Source: Lama guanicoe | Lineage: Eukaryota | Length of the DNA: 64,000 nucleotides | Assembly (NCBI GenBank): GCA_013239625.1 | Contig: MU056905.1 | Coordinates: forward strand, 19,201,009 to 19,265,008 | Reading direction: 5' to 3' | In this document: positions 50,434 to 62,059 of the stretch, piece by piece | Position numbering within the stretch: the first letter of the stretch is position 1 | Layout of the letters: the number at the start of each line of letters is the position of its first letter | The notes under the pieces: generated by a model | What the model was told of the DNA's origin: nothing | Seen by the model: only the letters and a program-made list of their open reading frames with translations | The model's database searches: none | Made by a program: the position numbers and the translations under genes

Positions 50434-52372
50434 CAAGGGTGCTGTTCTTAGGTGATCAAAGGGAAGAAAGTCACAAAGATGTGAGAAAACGACACTGGCT
50501 TAGGTCCCCCTTGGGTTTTAGGAGCAATATTTGCTAAGAGAACAATTATTATTCTCTAACTTTGGTTGGGAGTGGAGAGGGGGTGGGAGGTGAGATAGAA
50601 ACTGTGAAGCCAAGGGGAGTTGTTCCTTCAGGACAGCTGGCAGAGACCCAAAGTACAAAGTTGTCTACAAACTCTCGAATCAGTGTGAGACTTGAAAGAG
50701 AACTATGTGCTGGCAACGTGGGCTGGCCCGCCTTGCCAGAGTGGAATTGAAACCATACCTCCACCTCATGCAGACATTATCCACTGGAAGGATGGCCTTA
50801 TAAATCCCAGCCTTGGAGGCCATCTCATCTGCAGCCCCCTCCCTGATACCCTGCTCTTTCACTCCTCAAACCAGAGGAACTTAATAAGAACAGAAGGAAC
50901 ACGTCTCTGCAGAGCTTCACAGGGCTGAAAAAAGGGGGAAAACAAAAATACACAGGGGATGAGCACAACCCCTCTGGTCACTACCGCTCAGGCTCCAGCG
51001 GACTCCAACATGGAGGCCCAGCTTATCCAGGTCATGCTGTGTGGTGCAAAGTCCACGGATGCTGGCGGTGGGCTCCACGGTGCCTGCAGTGACAGGCGAT
51101 CCCAGATCTAGTTGCCCTATACCTGGGCTACCCTTTCCAGTTTCCAGCCAAAGAATTTCAGGCTGATTTATGAAAATCTGACCTCAATCCAGAGAAACTC
51201 CAAAATTAGCCCCAGAGAGAACACAAATAACTACATCCTGGATTGCTGTCCTTGCATTGAAAACCAAGGATAAATCACAGCTACAGAAGTGGAGAAAAGA
51301 GGGTTTTGTTCTGGGACAGAGCCCACTGCTTCCACTGGGAGGTCCTGACCTTGATCTTCAAGGTCCTCCCTAATTGGATCTCAACTTTCCCAACTTTGTC
51401 CCTTTCAGGCCCTACACAAACACTGTCAGACAGATTTTGTCCCTCAAGCCATCTATACCCAAGCTCCCATCATTTCTCCAGCTAGAATGTACTTCCCTGG
51501 TCCTTCCACATCCAGAGACATACTTCAGTGAGAAGCAGAAAGTACTGATCTATCTGTAAAGAGAAAGAGAACTTCACAAATCTAGGACAACCAGAAATTT
51601 CATTTGGTAAATATAATAGGGTATATTTTGCTAAAGCATTTTACTTCCTGTGCTATCTCAAAAGAAACAAACTGTTAGGTCTTTTTCTGAGTCCACTGAT
51701 GTTGGTAAAAAATTGGTGGCCTTTTCTATATATTTTTTGATTTGTCTCCTTCATGGTAATAACATTCTGCCAAGAAGGCACCAAAGAAGGGGGCTGTTCC
51801 TAAAGTGCAGCTGGAAATCAAGATTCAGGACTATATTTCAGTTCACTCCAAAAATAAAGGATAAATTGTTACTTCATAAAAACTAAATCTTAATTGGGAA
51901 GACTCAGGTGTTGAGCTATTGGGAAAAAGGGAAATAAGGTCCAGAAAATTTCTGTCGACATAGATGTACTTGCCTGATTGAATTTTCTATACAGTTAACA
52001 TTCCACTTGGAGTTCTGGTTAAAGTTCAATTGAGAAAAACTAAAATAAGTGTATAATATTAGCCCTAGATCAGCAACATTAAAGGCCAATAGTGAATATT
52101 CCTTTCCAAACTATTACTTTTTGGTGACCATTTGTAAGCATCGCTCTGCCCCTCCGTGGGGAAATGCACTCTTTCCTGGACTTCCTCTTCCTAGTGTTTC
52201 TTTCCACCTCTCTGGCCTCTTCTTAGTCCGCTTTATAGGCTCATCCACTTCTACCCAACCATTATATGATGGAGTTCTTTAAGACTGAGCTCTGAGCCTT
52301 CTTTTCTTTTCCTCTTGAGATAACTGTATGCTTGCTCCAGGATTTGGATGGCATCTCTAAATTGATAGCACC

Positions 52373-52813
52373 TATAGTAGATTGATTAGAGGTCCCAAAA
52401 AGATAAGTTCAAGTCCTGGTACTCATGAATGTGAGCTTATCTGGAAATAGGCTCCTTGCAGCTGTAAGCAAATTAAGGATCTCCAGACGAGATCATCCTA
52501 GATTTAAGTTGGACCCTAAATCCAATGGTGAGTGACCTTATAAGAGAAAAGGAGAAGATACAGTGACACACAGAGGGGGAGGCAGTGTAACGACAGAGAT
52601 TGGAGTGACGCAGCCCCAAGCCAAGGATTGCCAGCAGCTGCCAGAAGCTGGAAGAGAGGCATGGAATGGGTTGTCCCTCGGAGCCTCCAGAGGGAACCAA
52701 CTCTACTGACACCTTGATTTTGGGCTTCCAGCCTCCGGAACTGAGACAGAATAAATTTCAGTTGTTTAACTTGCCAAGTTCACTTGTTATGGCAGCCCTC
52801 AAAAATTAACACA
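52373..52813 (+). mobile_element. MLT1C-like MaLR solo LTR in L2
   Basis: ggaaataggctccttgcag...gagattggagtgacgcagccccaagccaaggattgccagcag...cagaataaatttc...ttgttatggcagccc...taacaca. Confidence 0.88.
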
Positions 52814-52945
52814 TCTCCCAAATGTGCATCTAAGCTCTCTGGCCACTCTCTGAGTTCCAGACTAATATCTATTAACTGCCAACTTTACATCTCAGAGGAA
52901 ACTAAACTCAAATTGTCCCTGATTTAATCTAATATCTTATCTACC

Positions 52946-53481
52946 TATATTAGGATTCTCCAGAGAAAAAGAACCAATAGGAGATATAGATATATAGATA
53001 CAGATATATAACTAGAGCTATAGAAGAGGACGTTTATCACAGAAATTGGCTCATGCAGTTTTGGAGGCCAAGAAGTCCCACAGTCTGCTATCTGCAATCT
53101 GGAGAGTGAGGGAAGCTGATGGGATAACTTAGTCCAGGTCCAGAGCCCTGAGAACAGGGAGCTGCTGGTGTAAGTGCCAGAGTCTGAAGGCCCGAGAACC
53201 TGGAGCGCCAATGTCCCAGGACAGGAGAAGATGGGCATCCCAGCTCAAGAAAAAAGAAAGAGAGTTTGCCCTTCCTTCACCATTTTGTTCCATTCAGGCC
53301 CCTAACAGATTGGCTGATACCCACCCGCATTGGTGAGGACAGATCCCTCTGCTTAGTCTACTGAGTCAAATGCCAGTCTCTTCCAGAAACACCCTCACAG
53401 ACACACCCAGGAGTAATGTTCTACCAGCTGTCTGGGCATCCTTCAGCCCAGTCAAGTTGACACATAAAGTGAACCATCACA
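52946..53481 (-). mobile_element. MLT2 3' LTR of an ERV-L remnant
   Basis: ttctccagagaaaaagaaccaatagga...caagttgacacataaagtgaaccatcaca; contiguous with ERV-L internal sequence through a PPT-like junction. Confidence 0.92.
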
Positions 53482-54745
53482 AATTCACCTCTTGTCAACT
53501 TGACACCTTCATGCATCTCCTTAAACCATATTTAACCTCCAAATAAAGACATTAACAAGGTCATAATTCCCTCTAACATGATGTACATACAACTGAAAAT
53601 CCCCGGGAGAGGAGATAAGGTCTTGAGTGATGTTTTCTTCTCTCCTTGACCTCCTGTAACTTAAGGACTATGATGAAAACTTAACAATACTTAAATACTG
53701 TTGATATAAAGATCTTATCTTACATGATAAGAATAGAAGGAAAACAGAAAGATATCTTCTTAATATATGTATATAGACACACAAATGTATTCATAACAAA
53801 ATAAGGAGGAAATTCTCATGACAATCACGTTCTTGTTTCTGTAACTGGTCGTGTGGTCTTAGCTGGCATTTATAACTACCTTCTTCTACCATCTGTTCTG
53901 TATTCCCTTTGTCTTCAGCAAACATCTCAGCTAGTCATGGTTCTTTACCTGGTGGGATGACCCAACACTTCATTCCTAAAGAGTCTGAGTCATTAGAAGT
54001 CTTACCTAGATTGGGTTGCTCTAATTTTCCATTGACCTTAGTCACAGGGCATCATAGTACTAAGAGGCACCTTAAGGGATCTCCCGTATTCCAGATATAC
54101 TCTCACTCACCTCCCCTGTGGAATAGCAGTCCCATATTCCCTTGGCCATCAGGACCAACCACCCCAGCCAGCACAGGAACTCCCTTCCTTGCTTGTTAAT
54201 TAAAGAGGCATGAGGAGCCCAAAGTAGTTTGGCGGCTGTCTTAATTTCCACTTCAGTGAATTATTGTGTGTCCTGGTGGAAGCTTTCCTCCCCCTGGAAC
54301 TCTGACCTCTAGGCCAGGGGGCATAAAATTACAGGAAAGGGAGGCAAAATTTCGCTAGTGGCTCACTAGGGGCAATAGTAAGCAGTGCCACTCCCATTTC
54401 CACCCCGTGATTCCTAAATCTGTGAATCCTGGCTATAGGAGAAAAGGCACCATATATTGGACGCTGATTTGGAGCATATACAGACTCCTGGAGAACCTTA
54501 CCCCAGCCCTGCAAGATAATGCCACCTAGCCATAATTGAATCTTCAAAAGACCATTCCAGCGTTCTGTCAGGCCAGCTGCTTCAGGATGGTGGGGAACGT
54601 GGTAAAACCAGTGAATTCCATAAGCATGGATGTCTGTTCCAGTAAGGCCAAATACAGCCCCTTCCATGATGGAAGAAGCCCAGTATGAGGAACGATGCCA
54701 TATTGGGGATCAGCACTGGTCTCTACTCTCAGTAGACGGTCTAAC
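53482..54745 (-). mobile_element. ERV-L internal remnant (integrase C-part, dUTPase, 3' untranslated)
   Basis: HAYGIHWFYHVPHHPEAAGLTERWNGLLK...GWGKVLQ..VYA.NQRPIYG (ORF 54329-54667) matches ERV-L integrase; followed by GLEV..P.GG.LPPG..., FGLLMPL, G..VLAGV (dUTPase), with stops and frameshifts. Confidence 0.92.
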
Positions 54746-55024
54746 AACCAAGGACACTGACAGTAAAATAACATTAATGTCATGTTCTCTCTGATGGCAG
54801 TCTCTGTGGTTTTGTTTCCATATCCCCCAAATCTAGTTGAGAGCCTGTCTCATGTCACTGCTCAATAAGCAATTTTTGGTAGAATAATTGGATGTTTTTA
54901 GATACCAATTAGCAGCACAGCTGTTCTGCAGGGCGCCCTCAAAAATACTGCCACTTGACAAGGATTTTAAACTGAGGGCTTCAGTCAACATGCAGTTCTA
55001 TTGCAGTACGGTGGTTTGGGCTTC

Positions 55025-55577
55025 CTGTAGCTAAATTTCCTGATTTTCCTCCAGGGAGTGTTACCTTCCCTGCCTCACTCTTTGTGCTTTGGGTGGGACA
55101 TGGGAGCGGAGGTAACATTGGACATGCGACATAAACCTGACCATTCATAGTATCATACCGCCTTGGATATAATGATAGCCATGATGGTCAGTGACGGGCC
55201 TGTGGTCCAGTCCACAGCAGTCAGACCACTCAGAGCTGATCCTGAGACTCTGGTTTGAACAACCAGAAAAGAGCTGATGAGAGCTGAACTCTTTCCCCAG
55301 TCTTGGGGAAATGAGGTTGCAAGCCAGGAGTGGCCTGACTCCATCAGAGGGGAAGGACTTTGACAGTGAACTGAACCCAGAAGAAGAACCAAGAGAAAAA
55401 GGAAGATCAGGTCTGATGACATTTTTGAAGCTGCTCATCTAGCTATACCTAAACTTACCTTGCCTCAGAGCTTTTGCCATGTGACCCAACAAAGTCTTTT
55501 TTTTTTTTTTTTTTTTTGCCTAAACTAGCTTGAGTTGGGTCTTCTGTCGCTTGCAGCAGAGGGCCATGACTAAAACT
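55025..55577 (+). mobile_element. MLT1J/K-like LTR
   Basis: tgatgacatttttgaagctgctcatctagctatacctaaa...gcctaaactagcttgagttgggtcttctgtcgcttgca. Confidence 0.7.
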
Positions 55578-55740
55578 CTGTCTTCTGAATACATGAACTT
55601 TTTGATGCTTTCAACCTGAGAATTCCAACTGTAATACATTATACTGAGTAATTAATGATGCGAGTCTCAGGACACCGAGGCAAGGGTTCCAAGTATGCAA
55701 AGACCCCTAGGGTGACATGTGTGGATCTAGACAGGTCACA

Positions 55741-55886
55741 GAGAATGGCCATCATTAAAAAGTCCACAAACGATAAATGCTGGAGAGGGTGTGGAGAAAA
55801 GGGAGCCCTCCTCCTTCACTGCTGGTGGGAAAGCAGTTTGGTGCAGCCGTTATGGAAAGCAGTATGGAGATTCCTCAAAAGACTAG
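55741..55886 (+). mobile_element. Isolated internal fragment of a young L1 ORF2 (no 3' UTR or polyA)
   Basis: Translates RMAIIKKSTNDKCWRGCGEKGALLLHCWWESSLVQPLWKAVWRFLKRL (L1 Cys-rich region); flanked by ctagacagRtc repeats. Confidence 0.9.
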
Positions 55887-56879
55887 ACAGATCGGAGCGC
55901 TGCAGTCATCTCTGTGAAACGTCCCCACACTCAATGGTTAAAGTTAATCATAGCTGAAATTCAAACACTGTTGGAGAGAAGTCACATTTATCTGGAATTA
56001 GAATGCATACAGTCACCCCTATTTCCATCAGAACACCAAATTAGTCCCCATTAATGAGCCCCTATTTATTCTCAATCACTTGTTGCTGTGAGATATTTGT
56101 ACTGGCAGTTTAGTCAGGAAGACATTAGCGAGGCCTAATTGCTCAGACTGTATTTAAGAGAAGGCCTGTGCTATCAGATAGCTCTGGAAGGAAAACAGTA
56201 GAAGACTTAACATGCAACTCTAGGAATGTCAGGTATGTAGTCATAAAATCTAATAACTTCAGAGCAGGGAGAGCCTTAGATGAGTCGCTGATCCTCTCCA
56301 TGGCCTGAAACATCAAGTGCCCCCAGAGTCAACTAATGAAAGGCTAAATTCATTTCCAACTGTTAAGATATTTTTGAAAAGCTAAAAATCATGACTCTTA
56401 TGCAGACATAAACTAAACACATGTCAAAGATTCGACTGAATTCATCAAGTCATGAGGGAACCCTAAGGTGTTGAATGGGTCCAAAGGAGAAGTCAAAGAG
56501 CAGACACACATGCAGGCGGTCAGAAGTGCTGACTGCATTTCAGACAAGCTGAGGTGCATTTGTTAATAGATGCGAGACTGGCTTCTTCCACCGAACATTC
56601 ATTGGCATGGAATGTAGACAAGAATCAGCCGTTTACATTGCAAAGGGTTTTTTTTTCAACATACAGAGTTACGAAACAGCTCAAAGACAGTGAAAGGCAC
56701 AGACCCCTATAACATTAAAGAACTCAAAATTAAAGGCCTGACTAGCACCCAGCATTTCTTATGGTACCCATTAGCCCCTTTCTCTCCAGCATCCAAAGAT
56801 GTGGGCAATCTTCTCTCACTATGACGCCTTTGCTAGCCAAATACATGTTCCACGTGGTATTTGAGCATTGTTTGGTGTC

Positions 56880-57020
56880 TGAAAAAATCTCACTGAGCCT
56901 CAGTTTCCTCACTTGAAAAAAGGAAATTGTAGCATTCATTCTGTAGGGTGTGCTGAAGATGAAAGGCTGTAATGTCTGGGAAATGCCCTAGGACCGTACT
57001 TGACACCCAGCACCCTGTGG
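56880..57020 (+). mobile_element. MIR
   Basis: ctcactgagcctcagtttcctcacttgaaaaa. Confidence 0.7.
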
Positions 57021-57346
57021 TTTAGGGAAGAATCTGTGCTTCAGTAGAAAACTATGCATTGTCTAGAGCACATCCTTCCAGGTCATCTGATTTTGATTCT
57101 ATGGGGAATCTGCAGCTTTCATTGCCTTTGAGCTTTTTTATGGCTCTGGAAATTGTAGATAACTGATAGTAATGCAAGTAATTTTTGTCTACAGACATGC
57201 AAATAAATTCTGTGTGGTGGAGGGATAACCTACCCCTTCCCTTTAAAAAAAAAAAAGGCAGTTTTGCAGTCATTTTCAAATTCATTTATTTCTAATCTGT
57301 GGAAGTCTCTACATTTTGACCTCTCCTTTGAAGCCATGGTAACATC

Positions 57347-57779
57347 CATCAGAAGCTGCCTCCACAAATATAACCAACACAACCTCTTGGTAAGACAAAG
57401 CTGAATTTGCTGCTGGCCGCACTAAACGAGAAGGTCATCTTGCAAAACTGTGGCAGTGTCTCAGAGGAAGGAAGGGAAAGTCAGAATGTATTAAGAATTG
57501 GAAGTTTGCTGTAAGGTGGGTTTTCAAAGCAGGGGCTTGACTAGAAGTGAGTAAGGGTCATGTTTCAACAGTCCAGGGCTGGAGGACCTCAAAGTAATGG
57601 TTCAAAGAATCTTCAGCACGAACAATCACATCATTTGCTGGGGCAGCAGATTCCTGGAAGAAGAAGATCATGCTAAAGAAGACAGAAGAACAGCACAAAG
57701 TCACGTTAATGTGCAGAGTGAGGCACGGGCTGGTCCTCAGTGCCCTTATGGAGGGTGAGAATCAGCATTTCGGTTCTCG
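57347..57779 (-). mobile_element. 3' LTR of ancient ERV1 provirus (possibly MER110/MER89-like)
   Basis: Homologous to 62082-62352; PPT-like purine run immediately upstream on the minus strand (57780-57791). Confidence 0.7.
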
Positions 57780-57994
57780 GTCTCTCTTGATGCCATTGTC
57801 CAGCCTGAGCTGAAAGATAGACCATGGATAGCTAGGGGTGTAATTAATCCAGATCTTTGCTGCTGCTGCTTGAAGTGTCATCATTACATGTTAAAATTCC
57901 ATCAGAAGCTCCATCCAACTTTCCTATAGTGGTTGTTTCAACCTTGATAAGTGTCAGATTTTCCAGTTCTTTCTGCCACCCATTGCTAATTCAT

Positions 57995-59350
57995 TTGCTA
58001 GGATAACAGCTGAGCAACTGCGTTTACAGCTCTAGAGATGATGCATGTGAACACTGTCACACAGACAAATACTAAGTGAAGAATTATGATCAGAGTTTGT
58101 TATTCACTTCTTGGCCAGGAGCCAAGGACACCCAGATTAAACTAAGCAGACAGATTCTGTCTCCTAATCTAAAGCATCCACAGAACCAGATATGGGGTCT
58201 TTAACCAAATGACCTAATCTGATTTCTTTGTTTATGTCCCAGATTTTTTTAGTAACATTAAAGATCTAAGAAAAGTCTGTAGGGAATCAAGTATGATATT
58301 TTCCCCCTAAAATAGAACACATTCCTCCTAGAGATGCCAATATTATATTAAGGCACCTTTGTTCTGAACAACCACCTGCCTGATTTCATAATTCTCTTGG
58401 ATGAAGAGTTGTATGATGTAGGGGGAAAAAACGTTTCCTCTATCCTCTCAGGCTTAGTGTCTGGGGCTTGCTAATTAAACTGAAAAAAAAAGTTAGAGAG
58501 AGAAAAAGCATACACATTTTATTTGATGTTAGTATATTAACTTTTACTGGCGTAAAGGCCTTCACAGAAGCAGTTAGACCTGGGAGTTTATACACCACTT
58601 TAACGAAGGATGGTAAATTATGGAGAAGTAACAAGACAAAGGAAGAGGGAGCTGCAGGGCTCTAAGGTAAATTGTGCAAAGACTACTGATTACTAGGAAA
58701 TGTACTGTAAAGAAGAGTTGTTATTGTATGTTTGTTACGCAGATGGAGTCATTTTCTCTTCCTGATATGGGAAAGGGGAGCACCTTTACAAATGAAAATT
58801 GCGTCCCCTTTACAAAGAGAAATGCATGCCCTGCTTTTAGCAGAAAGGGGGACGGCAGAGAGCTCTTCCTGTGTCTGTCTGCTGTCTTCTCAACTGCCTT
58901 CAGCTCAAAACAGGTCTTATGCCAAAATGGCATATTTGGGGTACCATATTCTGATCCCCTTTCTTAGTGACACTGCCTAAATTGCCTGCTTCTCTCTCGA
59001 TTACAGCATGTAGGATTCCCCACAACTTTCTGAGCTTCTTATAAAGCATGAAATGGAGAGGCCTAAGGAGAGTTGAAATCCAGAATTCCCCTGGAGTGGA
59101 GATCTACTGATCTCTTTTTCCTGTAGGAGATAAATCAATGCGCCAATAAATAAATAAATAAGGCTTTAAATTGTAGGTAAAGGTAATAAGGCATAAAGCA
59201 AGGAAACAAGCCCATCACAATTACGCAGATTCCACTGAGATTAACACATTCCATGGCTTTTCAGACTTGTTATTTGCACAAACTATAACCTTCTCTTTCC
59301 CCTGACAAAACAAAACCAAATCTCATTACCTTGCATACAAACTGGTAACA
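57995..59350 (-). pseudogene. env: Retroviral env remnant (gamma-type TM), split by solo LTR
   Basis: RKKR furin site 59122-59111; ...GNLGSVIQLFIQENYEIRQVVVQNKGAL(fs)IILASLGGMCSILGG (ISD-like); TM anchor LGSW..QTLIIILHLVFVCVTVFTCIISR at ~58125-58030. Confidence 0.8.
58417..58966 (-). mobile_element. MER34/MER39-like ERV1 solo LTR
   Basis: Reverse complement begins ..ggggatcagaatatggtaccccaaatatgccattttggcataagacctgttttgagctgaaggcagttgagaa; 4-bp TSD ATGA/GTGA. Confidence 0.85.
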
Positions 59351-60369
59351 CCTCTCTGCCAAGATCACTTATAGCAGAGACTCATTGGGGTGTATTGAAT
59401 TATAACTTTTCACCAAAGTAACTAGTATTTCAGAGCAGACTGGAGGGAGCAGGAGGAGTGGGGATAGTTGTTAACTGTCATGCATCAGCATTGTAACAGA
59501 TCAGCAGAGCTCAAGAATACACATAACAACTTTCTACAGCCACACACGCCCCTTATACAACTTCTCAAAGTGGCAGACCGGAACACATTCATGAACAGGC
59601 CCAAAGACAGCACATAAAAATAAGAAGCAAAAGTATATAAACTTAAAACAAAGCATAGTCATCAATGTTTCAGTGTTCTGTCTTACTTACAAAGCATCTA
59701 GCCATCTAATGAATACCCATTAACCCAATTTAATATTAGTCCTGAAGATCTTGGAAACTAATCTCCCAGCTGACATGCTACAAAACATAATCACTGGTGC
59801 AATTTAATTTTCAGGAAAAAAATCAACACAAATTTCCATTTTTCATAACTATGAGCATCGAGTAAAAGTAATGCTAGTTTATTTGATCAGTCAACCTGCG
59901 TAAGCTTAAGAACATACCCAAGTTGGACAAAGTCATAAGCTTCTATTGTACTTTACCATGAAGAATTAGAAACGACGTAACTTCTTCTGTTAAACCAAAA
60001 ATACTAAACTAATCTCATGTGCAAAATTGTGTCTAAAGTATCTGAACTTGGGCTCTTAAACTTTTTAATTTTCTATAAGAATTTTTTTGACATATTGCAA
60101 GTATTTGAGTTCCTTAATTTGTGAGATTTTTTGGAATATTTGATATAAGCACTTATTTAAGATAAATCAATCAGAAGATCTCCTTTAATCCTTAGAGAAA
60201 TTTCTGCTCAGCAGACCCCTCTGAGCACCTCATTGATCAATCATCTCATATTTTACATATTTTCTGTTTTCTTAGCCAAGACAGAGCAATTCTGTTTTCA
60301 GTGTCTCTGTTTACAATATCTACAACTATCTTTATCAAGAGACTCCCTCCTTTGGAGTTGAGTGACTGA

Positions 60370-61800
60370 GGTGGGGGCATCTAGATGTTTTATCTGTACG
60401 GCCATAAATTTATTCAGGTTTCTACTTTGTTTTCATCCTAAGCTATTTTCAAAACACTTAGCAGGTGTTGGGGTTCTAGCAATGGGGATATTCCCTATTC
60501 TGGTCTCTGCTTACATATTAAATACACCGTTTCTGGCTGAATACCATCTATAAACAGTGAGAGAGGAGCTGGGGTCACATCTGCTTCTAGATCTTCTCCT
60601 GAATGCTGTGTAACTGTACAAAGAACCTATCCCTGAAGTCTCCAAAGTCTGCACCCTTTCTTTACCTGGGACTGCATTAGACTCTAATCTATTTTCCTAG
60701 GGAAGACTTGGGGTACAGACTCCAAGAGACCTTTGCCAACATTTACAGCTTTTCTAAACCCCTCTGATTTCCTGTGAAATTCAGGATCCTTTAAATCATC
60801 CTTGAGAGCTTCCAGTCCTGCTTCCTTCATCCATTTCTTAGCATCTGAGGTTTCCACTTATACTCATAGTTATAGACCAGTGAGTCAGTCCTGTGTCACA
60901 CATTCATAAAATTATTCTAAGTTCTTCTGCAAATTTCTTCCCGTCCTGTCTGGGCTCCGAGCTCAGAGGAAGACCAGGGCTTGCAGTCCACAGAAAGGAG
61001 GCTTGTTTCTCCTGGAGGAGGTCTAACTTTAAGAGACAACTGAGCTTAAGAGGACTCTGGCAGGCAAGGGAAGAGGAGAAAATCAGAGGGAGAATGGGGC
61101 CAGAAGGAAATGGCTGAGTGTAGAATCTGGGGAGAACAGTAGGAAAAGACTTGTATTAGTTTCAAATTGTGATTTAGGAGGACTGTAAGAGAAACAGTTT
61201 TTAGGTTTTTTTCTTTTGCCTGTAAGAAAGTGATTTTGGACTCTGAACTTTCTTTATGCCAATTAAGAAATGAAGACCATTAGGGGAAAAAGCCAGAAAT
61301 GGACTTATTGACAAAATAGAAACAGACTCACAGACATAGAGAACAAACAGGGTTACCAGGGGGAAATGGGATGGGAAGGGATAAATTGGGAGTTCAAGAT
61401 TTGCCAATACTAACTACTATATATAAAACAGATAAACAATAAGGCCCTACTGTATAGCACAGGGAAGCACGTTCAATATCTTGTAGTAACATATAATGAA
61501 AAAGAATATGAAAACAAATATATGTATGTATATGTATGACTGAACTATCATGCTGTACACCAGAGAGTAACACAACATTGTAAACTGACAATGCTTCAAT
61601 TACTTACATACATACATACATACATATATAAAATAGAAATGAAGACCACTGGAAGCTTGAAGTTTTCTCCTTGTTTGAACTGAACTCAGTCTTCAGGGCC
61701 AGCTTGAGGAAAGGGCTGGTTTCAGGTCCTATACCTGTCCTCTTCCTCACAAATTTCTTCTTACTGATGGACAGCAAAAGTGACAAAGACAGAGAGACAA
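60370..61800 (-). pseudogene. gag: Retroviral gag remnant, interrupted by L1
   Basis: GKGLLESVPQVFPRKID*SLMQS..KKG(fs)..GDFRDR (major-homology-region-like), SLFIDGIQPETVYLICKQRPE*G, FQWSSFL|NWHKESSESK across the L1 insertion. Confidence 0.7.
61280..61634 (+). mobile_element. 5'-truncated L1 3' UTR with (TACA)n tail and 14-bp TSD
   Basis: aaacagactcacagacatagagaacaaac...acaacattgtaaactgac; TSD AGAAATGAAGACCA at 61266-61279 and 61635-61648. Confidence 0.92.
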
Positions 61801-62059
61801 ACAGATTTCCTCCAAGGATATATACATTTTTTCAAATTTGGAAACTTAAGGAGGGTGTCTTAATTTTAGGAAAGGAAATAAAGTCAGCATCTAGGAGCTC
61901 AATGAAAGAGATCAGAGTTCTAACTAATGTGGGATCTATTTACCTGCCCTGTTACTACAGGCAGAAAGTCCCCAAGCAGAAGGTTCAAAGGGCCTCGAGG
62001 ACATTCTGTTTCCCATTTCAGGACACTGGCCATGGCGGTGAGAACTTGCTCCCAACTGG

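Noticed and set aside
57995-59122. Functional syncytin-like env
   Set aside because: Stops, frameshifts, lost CC motif and an LTR insertion.
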